Shown here: positions 52,401-64,000 of the stretch, piece by piece
Numbering within the stretch: position 1 is the stretch's first letter
How the letters are laid out: each line of letters opens with the position of its first letter
Assembly (NCBI GenBank): GCA_964016885.1
Contig: OZ024740.1
Span: forward strand, 428,854,001-428,918,000
Length of the DNA stretch: 64,000 bases
Direction of reading: 5' to 3'
Source of the DNA: Eledone cirrhosa
Lineage: Eukaryota
The notes under the pieces: model-generated
What the model was told of the DNA's origin: nothing
Databases searched by the model: none
The model's input: the letters and a program-made list of their open reading frames with translations, nothing else
Program-made: the position numbers and the translations under genes

Positions 52401-55400
52401 TCTTCAGAGAAGAAACTGTCAGGAGAGCTGGGCAGCAGAAGGTCTTTGGAGAAGAAACTGTCAGGAGAGATGGACAGCAGAAGGTCTTCAGAGAAGAAAC
52501 TGTCAGGAGAGCTGGACAGCAGAACGTCTTTGGAGAAGAAACTGTCAGGGGAGCTGCAGAGCAGAAGGTCTTTGGTGAAGAAACTCTCAGGAGAGCTGGA
52601 CAGCAGAAGGTATTTGGAGAAGAAACTGTCAGGAGAGATGGACAGCAGAAGGTCTTCAGAGAAGAAACTGTCAGGAGAGATGGACAGCAGAAGGTCTTCA
52701 GAGAAGAAACTGTCAGGAGAGCTGGGCAGCAGACGGTCTTTACGGAAGAAATTGTCAGGAGGGCGGGACAGCAGAAGGTCTTTGAAGAAGAAACTGTCAG
52801 GGGAGCTGCAGAGCAGAAGGTCTTTGGTGAAGAAACTGTCAGAGGAGCTGCAGAGCAGAAGGTCTTTGGTGAAGAATCTCTCAGGAGAGCTGGACAGCAG
52901 AAGGTATTTGGAGAAGAAACTCTCAGGAGAGCTGGACAGCAGAACGTCTTTGGTGAAGAAACTCCGAGGAGAGCTGGACAGCAGAAGGTCTTTGGAGAAT
53001 AAACTGTCAGGAGAGCTGGACAGCAGAAGGTCTTCAGAGAATAAAACTGTCAGGAGAGCTGGACAGCAGAAGGTATTTGGAGTACAAACTGTCAGGAGAG
53101 CTGGACAACAGAAGGTCTTCAGAGAAGAAACTGTCAGGAGAGCTGGACAACAGAAGGTCTTTGGAGAAGAAACTGTCAGGTGAGTTGGACAGGAGAAGGT
53201 TTGCAGTGAAGAAACTGTCAGGAGAGCTGGACAGCCGAAGGTCTTATGTGAAGAAACTCTCAGGAGAGCTGGACAGCAGAATGTCTTTGGAGAAGTTACT
53301 GTCAGGAAAGGTGGACATCAGAAGGTTTTTGGGGAAGAAACTGTCAGGAGAGATGGACAGCAGAAGGTCTTCAGAGAAGAAACTGTCAGGAGTGCTGGAA
53401 TGCAGAAGGTCTTCAGAGAAGAATCTCTGAGGAGAGCTGGACAGTAGAGGGTCTTCAGAGAAGGAACTGTCAGGAGACTTGGGCAGGAGAAGGTCTTCAG
53501 AGAAGAAACTGTGAGGAGAGCTGGACAGCAGAAGGTCTTTGGAGAAGTAACTGTCAGGAGGGCTGGACAACAGAAGGTCTTCAGAGCAGAAACTGTCAGG
53601 AGGGCTGGACAGCAGAAGGTCTTTGGAGAAGAAACTGTCAGTAGAGATGGACAGCAGAATGTCTTCAGAGAAGAAACTGTCAGGAGAGCTGGGCAGCAGA
53701 CGGTCTTTACGGAAGAAACTGTGAGGAGAGCTGGACAGCAGAACGTCTTTGGAGAAGAAACTGTCAGGGGAGCTGGACAGCAGAAGGTCTTTGGAGAAGA
53801 AACTGTCAGAGGAGCTGCAGAGCAGAAGGTCTTTGGAGAAGAAACTGTCAGGCGAGCTGGACAACTGAAGGTCTTTGGAGAAGAAACTGTCAGGAGAGCT
53901 GGACAACAGAAGGTCTTTGGAGAAGAAACTGTCAGGAGAGCTGGACAACAGAAGGTCTTTGGAGAAGAAACTGTCAGGAGAGATGGACAACAGAATGTCT
54001 TTAGAGAAGAAACTGTCAGGAGAGCTGGACAACTGAAGGTCTTTGGAGAAGAAACTTTCAGGAGAGATGGACAACAGAAGGTCTTCAGAGAAGAAACTGT
54101 CAGGAGAGCTGGGCAGCAGACGGTCTTTAGAGAAGAATCTGTCAGGAGAGCTGGGCAGCAGAAGCTCTTTGGAGAAGAAACTGTCAGGAGAGCTGGACAG
54201 CAGAAGGTCTTTGGTGACGAAACTCTGAGGAGAGCTGGAATACAGAAGGTCCTTAGAGAAGAAACTGTAAGGAGAGCTGGACAGCAGAAGGTCTTCAGAG
54301 AATAAAACTGTCAGGAGAGCTGGACAGCAGAAGGTCTTTGGAGTACAAACTGTCAGGAGAGCTGGACAACAGAAGGTCTTCAGAGAAGAAAGTGTCAGGA
54401 GAGCAGGACAACAGAAGGTCTTTGGAGAAGAAACTGTCAGGTGAGTTGGACAGGAGAAGGTTTGCAGTGAAGAAACTGTCAGGAGAGCTGGACAGCAGAA
54501 GGTCTTTGAAGAAGAAACTCTCAGGAGAGCTGGACAGCAGAAGGTCTTATGTGAAGAAACTCTGAGGAGAGCTGGACAGCAGAATATCTTTGGAGAAGTT
54601 ACTGTCATGAGAGGTGGACAGCAGAAGGTCTTTGGGGAAGAAACTGTCAGGAGAGATGGACAGCAGAAGGTCTTCACAGAAGAAACTGTCAGGAGGGCTG
54701 GACAGCAGAAGGTCTTTGGAGAAGAAACTGTCAGGTGAGTTGGACAGGAGAGCTGGACAGCCGAAGGTCTTATGTGAAGAAACTCTCAGGAGAGCTGGAC
54801 AGCAGAATGTCTTTGGAGAAGTTACTGTCAGGAAAGGTGGACATCAGAAGGTTTTTGGGGAAGAAACTGTCAGGAGAGATGGACAGCAGAAGGTCTTCAG
54901 AGAAGAAACTGTCAGGAGTGCTGGAATGCAGAAGGTCTTCAGAGAAGGAACTGTCAGGAGACTTGGGCAGGAGAAGGTCTTCAGAGAAGAAACTGTGAGG
55001 AGAGCTGGACAGCAGAAGGTCTTTGGAGAAGTAACTGTCAGGAGGGCTGGACAACAGAAGGTCTTCAGAGCAGAAACTGTCAGGAGGGCTGGACAGCAGA
55101 AGGTCTTTGGAGAAGAAACTGTCAGTAGAGATGGACAGCAGAATGTCTTCAGAGAAGAAACTGTCAGGAGAGCTGGGCAGCAGACGGTCTTTACGGAAGA
55201 AACTGTGAGGAGAGCTGGACAGCAGAACGTCTTTGGAGAAGAAACTGTCAGGGGAGCTGGACAGCAGAAGGTCTTTGGAGAAGAAACTGTCAGAGGAGCT
55301 GCAGAGCAGAAGGTCTTTGGAGAAGAAACTGTCAGGCGAGCTGGACAACTGAAGGTCTTTGGAGAAGAAACTGTCAGGAGAGCTGGACAACAGAAGGTCT

Positions 55401-58400
55401 TTGGAGAAGAAACTGTCAGGAGAGCTGGACAACAGAAGGTCTTTGGAGAAGAAACTGTCAGGAGTGATGGACAACAGAATGTCTTTGGAGAAGAAACTGT
55501 CAGGAGAGCTGGACAACTGAAGGTCTTTGGAGAAGAAACTTTCAGGAGAGATGGACAACAGAAGGTCTTCAGAGAAGAAACTGTCAGGAGAGCTGGGCAG
55601 CAGACGGTCTTTAGAGAAGAAACTGTCAGGAGAGCTGGGCAGCAGAAGGACTTTGGAGAAGAAACTGTCAGGAGAGCTGGACAGCAGAAGGTCTTTGGTG
55701 ACGAAACTCTGAGGAGAGCTGGAATACAGAAGGTCCTTAGAGAAGAAACTGTAAGGAGAGCTGGACAGCAGAAGGTCTTCAGAGAATAAAACTGTCAGGA
55801 GAGCTGGACAGCAGAAGGTCTTTGGAGTGCAAACTGTCAGGAGAGCTGGACAACAGAAGGTCTTCAGAGAAGAAAGTGTCAGGAGAGCAGGACAACAGAA
55901 GGTCTTTGGAGAAGAAACTGTCAGGTGAGTTGGACAGGAGAAGGTTTGCAGTGAAGAAACTGTCAGGAGAGCTGGACAGCAGAAGGTCTTTGAAGAAGAA
56001 ACTCTCAGGAGAGCTGGACAGCAGAAGGTCTTATGTGAAGAAACTCTGAGGAGAGCTGGACAGCAGAATATCTTTGGAGAAGTTACTGTCATGAGAGGTG
56101 GACAGCAGAAGGTCTTTGGGGAAGAAACTGTCAGGAGAGATGGACAGCAGAAGGTCTTCACAGAAGAAACTGTCAGGAGGGCTGGACAGCAGAAGGTCTT
56201 TGGAGAAGAAACTGTCAGGAGAGCTGGACAGCAGAAGGTCTTCAAAGAAGGAAGTGTCAGGAGGGCTGGACAACAGAAGGTCTTTGGAGAAGAAACTGTC
56301 AGGAGAGATGGACAGCAGACGGTCTTTGGAGAAAAAACTGTCAGGAGGGCTGTACAGTAGAAGGTCGTTGAAGAAGAAACTGTCAGGAGAGCTGGACAGC
56401 AGAAGTTCATTGGAGAAGAAACTCTCAGGTGAGCTGGACAGCAGAAGATCTTTGGAGAAGAAACTCTCAGCAGAGCTGGACAGCAGAAGGTCTTTAGAGA
56501 AGAAACTGTCAGGAGAGCTGGACAGCAGAAGGTCTTTGGTGAAGAAACTCTGAGGAGAGCTGCACAGCAGAAGGTCTTTGGAGAAGAAACTGTCAGGAGA
56601 GCTAGACAGCAGAAGGTCTTCAGAGAGTAAAACTGTCAGGAGAGCTGGACAGCAGAAGGTCTTTGGAGTACAAACTGTCAGGAGAGATGGACAACAGAAG
56701 GTCTTCAAAGAAGAAACTGTCAGGAGAGCAGGACAACAGAAGGTCTTTGGAGAAGAAACTGTCAGGTGAGTTGGACAGGAGAAGGTTTGCAGTGAAGAAA
56801 CTGTCAGGAGAGCTGGACAGCAGAAGGTCTTTGGAGAAGTTACTGTCAGGAGAGCAGGACAACAGAAGGTCTTTGGAGAAGAAACTGTCAGGTGAGTTGG
56901 ACAGGAGAAGGTTTGCAGTGAAGAAACTCCCAGGAGAGCTGGACAGCAGAAGGTCTTATGTGAAGAAACTCTGAGGAGAGCTGGACAGCAGAATGTCTTT
57001 GGAGAAGTTACTGTCAGGAGAGGTGGACAGCAGAAGGTCTTTGGGGAAGAAACTGTCAGGAGAGATGGAAAACAGAACCTCTTCAGAGAAGAAACTGTCA
57101 GGAGTGCTGGAATGCAGAAGGTCTTCAGAGAAGAAACTCTGAGGAGAGCTGGACAGTAGAGGGTCTTCAGAGAAGAAACTGTCAGGAGACTTGGGCAGGA
57201 GAAGGTCTTCAGAGAAGAAACTGTGAGGAGAGCTGGACAGCAGAAGGTCTTTGGAGAAGAAACTGTTAGGAGGGACCGGCAGCAGAAGGTCTTCAGAGAA
57301 GTAACTGTCAGGAGGGCTGGACAAGAGAAGGTCTTCAGAGAAGAAACTGTCAGGAGAGCTGGGCAGCAGAAGGTCTTTGGAGAAGAAACTGTCAGGAGAG
57401 ATGGACAGCAGAAGGTCTTCAGAGAAGAAACTGTCAGGAGAGCTGGACAGCAGAACGTCTTTGGAGAAGAAACTGTCAGGGGAGCTGCAGAGCAGAAGGT
57501 CTTTGGTGAAGAAACTCTCAGGAGAGCTGGACAGCAGAAGGTATTTGGAGAAGAAACTGTCAGGAGAGATGGACAGCAGAAGGTCTTCAGAGAAGAAACT
57601 GTCAGGAGAGATGGACAGCAGAAGGTCTTCAGAGAAGAAACTGTCAGGAGAGCTGGGCAGCAGACGGTCTTTACGGAAGAAATTGTCAGGAGGGCGGGAC
57701 AGCAGAAGGTCTTTGAAGAAGAAACTGTCAGGGGAGCTGCAGAGCAGAAGGTCTTTGGTGAAGAAACTGTCAGAGGAGCTGCAGAGCAGAAGGTCTTTGG
57801 TGAAGAATCTCTCAGGAGAGCTGGACAGCAGAAGGTATTTGGAGAAGAAACTCTCAGGAGAGCTGGACAGCAGAACGTCTTTGGTGAAGAAACTCTGAGG
57901 AGAGCTGGACAGCAGAAGGTATTTGGAGAATAAACTGTCAGGAGGGCTGGACAGCAGAAGGTCTTCAGAGAATAAAACTGTCAGGAGAGCTGGACAGCAG
58001 AAGGTATTTGGAGTACAAACTGTCAGGAGAGCTGGACAACAGAAGGTCTTCAGAGAAGAAACTGTCAGGAGAGCTGGACAACAGAAGGTCTTTGGAGAAG
58101 AAACTGTCAGGTGAGTTGGACAGGAGAAGGTTTGCAGTGAAGAAACTGTCAGGAGAGCTGGATAGCCGAAGGTCTTATGTGAAGAAACTCTGAGGAGAGC
58201 TGGACAGCAGAATGTCTTTGGAGAAGTTACTGTCAGGAAAGGTGGACATCAGAAGGTTTTTGGGGAAGAAACTGTCAGGAGAGATGGACAGCAGAAGGTC
58301 TTCAGAGAAGAAACTGTCAGGAGTGCTGGAATGCAGAAGGTCTTCAGAGAAGAAACTCTGAGGAGAGCTGGACAGTAGAGGGTCTTCAGAGAAGAAACTG

Positions 58401-61400
58401 TCAGGAGACTTGGGCAGGAGAAGGTCTTCAGAGAAGAAACTGTGAGGAGAGCTGGACAGCAGAAGGTCTTTGGAGAAGTAACTGTCAGGAGGGCTGGACA
58501 ACAGAAGGTCTTCAGAGCAGAAACTGTCAGGAGGGCTGGACAGCAGAAGGTCTTTGGAGAAGAAACTGTCAGGAGAGATGGACAGCAGAATGTCTTCAGA
58601 GAAGAAACTGTCAGGAGAGCTGGGCAGCAGACGGTCTTTACGGAAGAAACTGTGAGGAGAGCTGGACAGCAGAACGTCTTTGGAGAAGAAACTGTCAGGG
58701 GAGCTGGACAGCAGAAGGTCTTTGGAGAAGAAACTGTCAGAGGAGCTGCAGAGCAGAAGGTCTTTGGAGAAGAAACTGTCAGGCGAGCTGGACAACTGAA
58801 GGTCTTTGGAGAAGAAACTGTCAGGAGAGCTGGACAACAGAAGGTCTTTGGAGAAGAAACTGTCAGGAGAGCTGGACAACAGAAGGTCTTTGGAGAAGAA
58901 ACTGTCAGGAGAGATGGACAACAGAATGTCTTTGGAGAAGAAACTGTCAGGAGAGCTGGACAACTGAAGGTCTTTGGAGAAGAAACTTTCAGGAGAGATG
59001 GACAACAGAAGGTCTTCAGAGAAGAAACTGTCAGGAGAGCTGGGCAGCAGACGGTCTTTAGAGAAGAAACTGTCAGGAGAGCTGGGCAGCAGAAGGTCTT
59101 TGGAGAAGAAACTGTCAGGAGAGCTGGACAGCAGAAGGTCTTTGGTGAAGAAACTCTGAGGAGAGCTGGAATACAGAAGGTCCTTAGAGAAGAAACTGTA
59201 AGGAGAGCTGGACAGCAGAAGGTCTTCAGAGAATAAAACTGTCAGGAGAGCTGGACAGCAGAAGGTCTTTGGAGTACAAACTGTCAGGAGAGCTGGACAA
59301 CAGAAGGTCTTCAGAGAAGAAAGTGTCAGGAGAGCAGGACAACAGAAGGTCTTTGGAGAAGAAACTGTCAGGTGAGTTGGACAGGAGAAGGTTTGCAGTG
59401 AAGAAACTGTCAGGAGAGCTGGACAGCAGAAGGTCTTTGAAGAAGAAACTCTCAGGAGAGCTGGACAGCAGAAGGTCTTATGTGAAGAAACTCTGAGGAG
59501 AGCTGGACAGCAGAATATCTTTGGAGAAGTTACTGTCATGAGAGGTGGACAGCAGAAGGTCTTTGGGGAAGAAACTGTCAGGAGAGATGGACAGCAGAAG
59601 GTCTTCACAGAAGAAACTGTCAGGAGGGCTGGACAGCAGAAGGTCTTTGGAGAAGAAACTGTCAGGAGAGATGGACAGCAGAAGGTCTTCAGAGTAGAAA
59701 CTGTCAGGAGGGCTGGGCAGCAGACGGTCTTTACGGAAGAAACTGTGAGGAGAGCTGGACAGCAGAACGTCTTTGGAGAAGAAACTGTCAGGGGAGCTGG
59801 ACAGCAGAAGGTCTTTGGAGAAGAAACTGTCAGAGGAGCTGCAGAGCAGAAGGTCTTTGGTGAAGAAACTCTCAGGAGAGCTGGACAGCAGAAGGTCTTT
59901 GGTGAAGAACCTCTGAGGAGAGCTGGACAGCAGAAGGTCTTTGGAGAAGAAACTCTCAGGAGAGCTGGACAGCAGAAGGTCTTTGGTGAAGAAACTGTCA
60001 GGAGAGCTGGACAGCAAAAGATCTTTGGAGAAGAAACTCTCAGCAGAGCTGGACAGCAGAAGGTCTTCAGAGAAGGAAGTATCAGGAGAGCTGGACAACA
60101 GAAGGTCTTTGGAGAAGAAACTGTCAGGAGAGCTGGACAGCAGAAGTTCTTTAGAGAAGAAACTCTCAGGAGAGCTGGACAGCAGACGGTCTTTGGAGAA
60201 AGAACTGTCAGGAGGGCTGTACAGTAGAAGGTCGTTGAAGAAGAAACTGTCAGGAGAGCTGGACAGCAGAAGTTCATTGGAGAAGAAACTCTCAGGTGAG
60301 CTGGACAGCAGAAGGTCTTTGGAGAAGAAACTCTCAGGAGAGCTGGACAGCAGAAGGTCTTCAAAGAAGGAAGTGTCAGGAGGGCTGGACAACAGAAGGT
60401 CTTTGGAGAAGAAACTGTCAGGAGAGATGGACAGCAGACGGTCTTTGGAGAAAAAACTGTCAGGAGGGCTGTACAGTAGAAGGTCGTTGAAGAAGAAACT
60501 GTCAGGAGAGCTGGACAGCAGAAGTTCATTGGAGAAGAAACTCTCAGGTGAGCTGGACAGCAGAAGATCTTTGGAGAAGAAACTCTCAGCAGAGCTGGAC
60601 AGCAGAAGGTCTTTGGAGAAGAAACTGTCAGGAGAGCTGGACAGCAGAAGGTCTTTGGTGAAGAAACTCTGAGGAGAGCTGCACAGCAGAAGGTCTTTGG
60701 AGAAGAAACTGTCAGGAGAGCTGGACAGCAGAAGGTCTTCAGAGAGTAAAACTGTCAGGAGAGCTGGACAGCAGAAGGTCTTTGGAGTACAAACTGTCAG
60801 GAGAGATGGACAACAGAAGGTCTTCAAAGAAGAAACTGTCAGGAGAGCAGGACAACAGAAGGTCTTTGGAGAAGAAACTGTCAGGTGAGTTTGACAGGAG
60901 AAGGTTTGCAGTGAAGAAACTGTCAGGAGAGCTGGACAGCAGAAGGTCTTTGGAGAAGTTACTGTCAGGAGAGCAGGACAACAGAAGGTCTTTGGAGAAG
61001 AAACTGTCAGGTGAGTTGGACAGGAGAAGGTTTGCAGTGAAGAAACTCCCAGGAGAGCTGGACAGCAGAAGGTCTTATGTGAAGAAACTCTGAGGAGAGC
61101 TGGACAGCAGAATGTCTTTGGAGAAGTTACTGTCAGGAGAGGTGGACAGCAGAAGGTCTTTGGGGAAGAAACTGTCAGGAGAGATGGAAAACAGAACCTC
61201 TTCAGAGAAGAAACTGTCAGGAGTGCTGGAATGCAGAAGGTCTTCAGAGAAGAAACTCTGAGGAGAGCTGGACAGTAGAGGGTCTTCAGAGGAGAAACTG
61301 TCAGGAGACTTGGGCAGGAGAAGGTCTTCAGAGAAGAAACTGTGAGGAGAGCTGGACAGCAGAAGGTCTTTGGAGAAGAAACTGTCAGGAGGGCTGGACA

Positions 61401-64000
61401 GCAGAAGGTCTTTGTAGAAGAAACTGTCAGGAGAGCTGGACAGCAGAAGGTCTTCAGAGAATAAAACTGTCAGGAGAGCTGGACAGCAGAAGGTCTTTGG
61501 AGTACAAACTGTCAGGAGAGCTGGACAACAGAAGGTCTTCAGAGAAGAAACTGTCAGGAGAGCTGGACAACAGAATGTCTTTGGAGAAGAAACTGTCAGG
61601 TGAGTTGGACAGGAGAAGGTTTGCAGTGAAGAAACTGTCAGGAGAGCTGGACAGCCGAAGGTCTTATGTGAAGAAACTCTGAGGAGAGCTGGACAGCAGA
61701 ATGTCTTTGGAGAAGTTACTGTCAGGAAAGGTGGACATCAGAAGGTTTTTGGGGAAGAAAATGTCAGGAGAGATGGACAGCAGAAGGTCTTCAGAGAAGA
61801 AACTGTCAGGAGTGCTGGAATGCAGAAGGTCTTCAGAGAAGAAACTCTGAGGAGAGCTGGACAGTAGAGGGTCTTCAGAGAAGAAACTGTCAGGAGACTT
61901 GGGCAGGAGAAGGTCTTCAGAGAAGAAACTGTGAGGAGAGCTGGACAGCAGAAGGTCTTTGGAGAAGTAACTGTCAGGAGGGCTGGACAACAGAAGGTCT
62001 TCAGAGCAGAAACTGTCAGGAGGGCTGGACAGCAGAAGGTCTTTGGAGAAGAAACTGTCAGGAGAGATGGACAGCAGAATGTCTTCAGAGAAGAAACTGT
62101 CAGGAGAGCTGGGCAGCAGACGGTCTTTACGGAAGAAACTGTGAGGAGAGCTGGACAGCAGAACGTCTTTGGAGAAGAAACTGTCAGGGGAGCTGGACAG
62201 CAGAAGGTCTTTGGAGAAGAAACTGTCAGAGGAGCTGCAGAGCAGAAGGTCTTTGGAGAAGAAACTGTCAGGCGAGCTGGACAACTGAAGGTCTTTGGAG
62301 AAGAAACTGTCAGGAGAGCTGGACAACAGAAGGTCTTTGGAGAAGAAACTGTCAGGAGAGCTGGACAACAGAAGGTCTTTGGAGAAGAAACTGTCAGGAG
62401 AGATGGACAACAGAATGTCTTTGGAGAAGAAACTGTCAGGAGAGCTGGACAACTGAAGGTCTTTGGAGAAGAAACTTTCAGGAGAGATGGACAACAGAAG
62501 GTCTTCAGAGAAGAAACTGTCAGGAGAGCTGGGCAGCAGACGGTCTTTAGAGAAGAAACTGTCAGGAGAGCTGGGCAGCAGAAGGTCTTTGGAGAAGAAA
62601 CTGTCAGGAGAGCTGGACAGCAGAAGGTCTTTGGTGAAGAAACTCTGAGGAGAGCTGGAATACAGAAGGTCCTTAGAGAAGAAACTGTAAGGAGAGCTGG
62701 ACAGCAGAAGGTCTTCAGAGAATAAAACTGTCAGGAGAGCTGGACAGCAGAAGGTCTTTGGAGTACAAACTGTCAGGAGAGCTGGACAACAGAAGGTCTT
62801 CAGAGAAGAAACTGTCAGGAGAGCTGGACGACAGAAGGTCTTTGGAGAAGAAACTGTCAGGTGAGTTGGACAGGAGAAGGTTTGCAGTGAAGAAACTGTC
62901 AGGAGAGCTGGACAGCAGAAGGTCTTTGGAGTACAAACTGTCAGGAGAGCTGGACAACAGAAGGTCTTCAGAGAAGAAACTGTCAGGAGAGCAGGACAAC
63001 AGAAGGTCTTTGGAGAAGAAACTGTCAGGTGAGTTGGACAGGAGAAGGTTTGCAGTGAAGAAACTGTCAGGAGAGCTGGACAGCAGAAGGTCTTATCTGA
63101 AGAAACTCTGAGGAGAGCTGGACAGCAGAATGTCTTTGGAGAAGTTACTGTCAGGAGAGGTGGACAGCAGACGGTCTTTGGGGAAGAAACTGTCAGGAGA
63201 GATGGACAGCAGAAGGTCTTCAGAGAAGAAACTGTCAGGAGTGCTGGAATGCAGAAGGTCTTCAGAGAAGAAACTCTGAGGAGAGCTGGACAGTAGAGGG
63301 TCTTCAGAGAAGAAACTGTCAGGAGACTTGGGCAGGAGAAGGTCTTCAGAGAAGAAACTGTGAGGAGAGCTGGACAGCAGAAGGTCTTTGGAGAAGTAAC
63401 TGTCAGGAGGGCTGGACAACAGAAGGTCTTCAGAGCAGAAACTGTCAGGAGGGCTGGACAGCAGAAGGTCTTTGGTGAAGAAACTGTCAGGAGAGCTGGG
63501 TAGCAGACGGTCTTTACGGAAGAAACTGTGAGGAGAGCTGGACAGCAGAACGTCTTTGGAGAAGAAACTGTCAGGGGAGCTGGACAGCAGAAGGTCTTTG
63601 GAGAAGAAACTGTCAGAGGAGCTGCAGAGCAGAAGGTCTTTGGTGAAGAAACTCTCAGGAGAGCTGGACAGCAGAAGGTATTTGGAGAAGAAACTGTCAG
63701 AGGAGCTGCAGAGCAGAAGGTCTTTGGTGAAGTTACTGTCAGGAGAGCTGGACAGCAGAAGGTCTTTGGTGAAGAACCTCTGAGGAGAGCTGGACAGCAG
63801 AAGGTCTTTGGAGAAGAAACTCTCAGGAGAGCTGGACAGCAGAAGGTCTTTGGTGCAGAAACTGTCAGGAGAGCTGGACAACAAAAGATCTTTGGAGAAG
63901 AAACTCTCAGGAGAGCTGGACAGCAAAAGATCTTTGGAGAAGAATCTCTCAGGAGAGCTGGACAGCAGAAGGTCTTCAGAGAAGGAAGTGTCAGGAGAGC
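31441..64000. repeat. 42-bp tandem satellite array (~775 copies), runs off the right edge
   Basis: Monomer AGAAGGTCTT(TG/CA)GAGAAGAAACTGTCAGGAGAGCTGGACAGC, typically 1-5 substitutions per copy, rare indels, kb-scale duplicated blocks. Confidence 0.98.

Noticed and set aside
31441-64000. Long ORFs (up to 985 aa) in the 42-bp array as a repetitive protein gene
   Set aside because: The monomer is a multiple of 3 and stop-free in five frames. ORFs switch frame at indels and have no unique N- or C-terminal domain.

Overview
Repeat-dominated eukaryotic DNA, most consistent with an octopod cephalopod (inferred from SINE and LINE sequence style, not proven). No intact protein-coding gene is supported. 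Three zones: (1) 1-10360, a 49-bp tandem satellite (~211 copies) with layered variant domains; (2) ~10.4-31.4 kb, an island of microsatellites, tRNA-derived SINEs, RTE-type LINE fragments and short non-coding elements; (3) 31441-64000, a 42-bp satellite (~775 copies) with irregular kb-scale duplications. The most notable signal is in zone 2: about ten type I hammerhead ribozyme motifs (plus half-motifs) from about six unrelated families within ~16 kb. They lie in fold-back or partial-tandem elements bordered by (AT)n tracts, resembling Penelope-like pLTR or retrozyme elements, and include U3-A8 core variants. All folds were assigned by eye and need computational and experimental confirmation.
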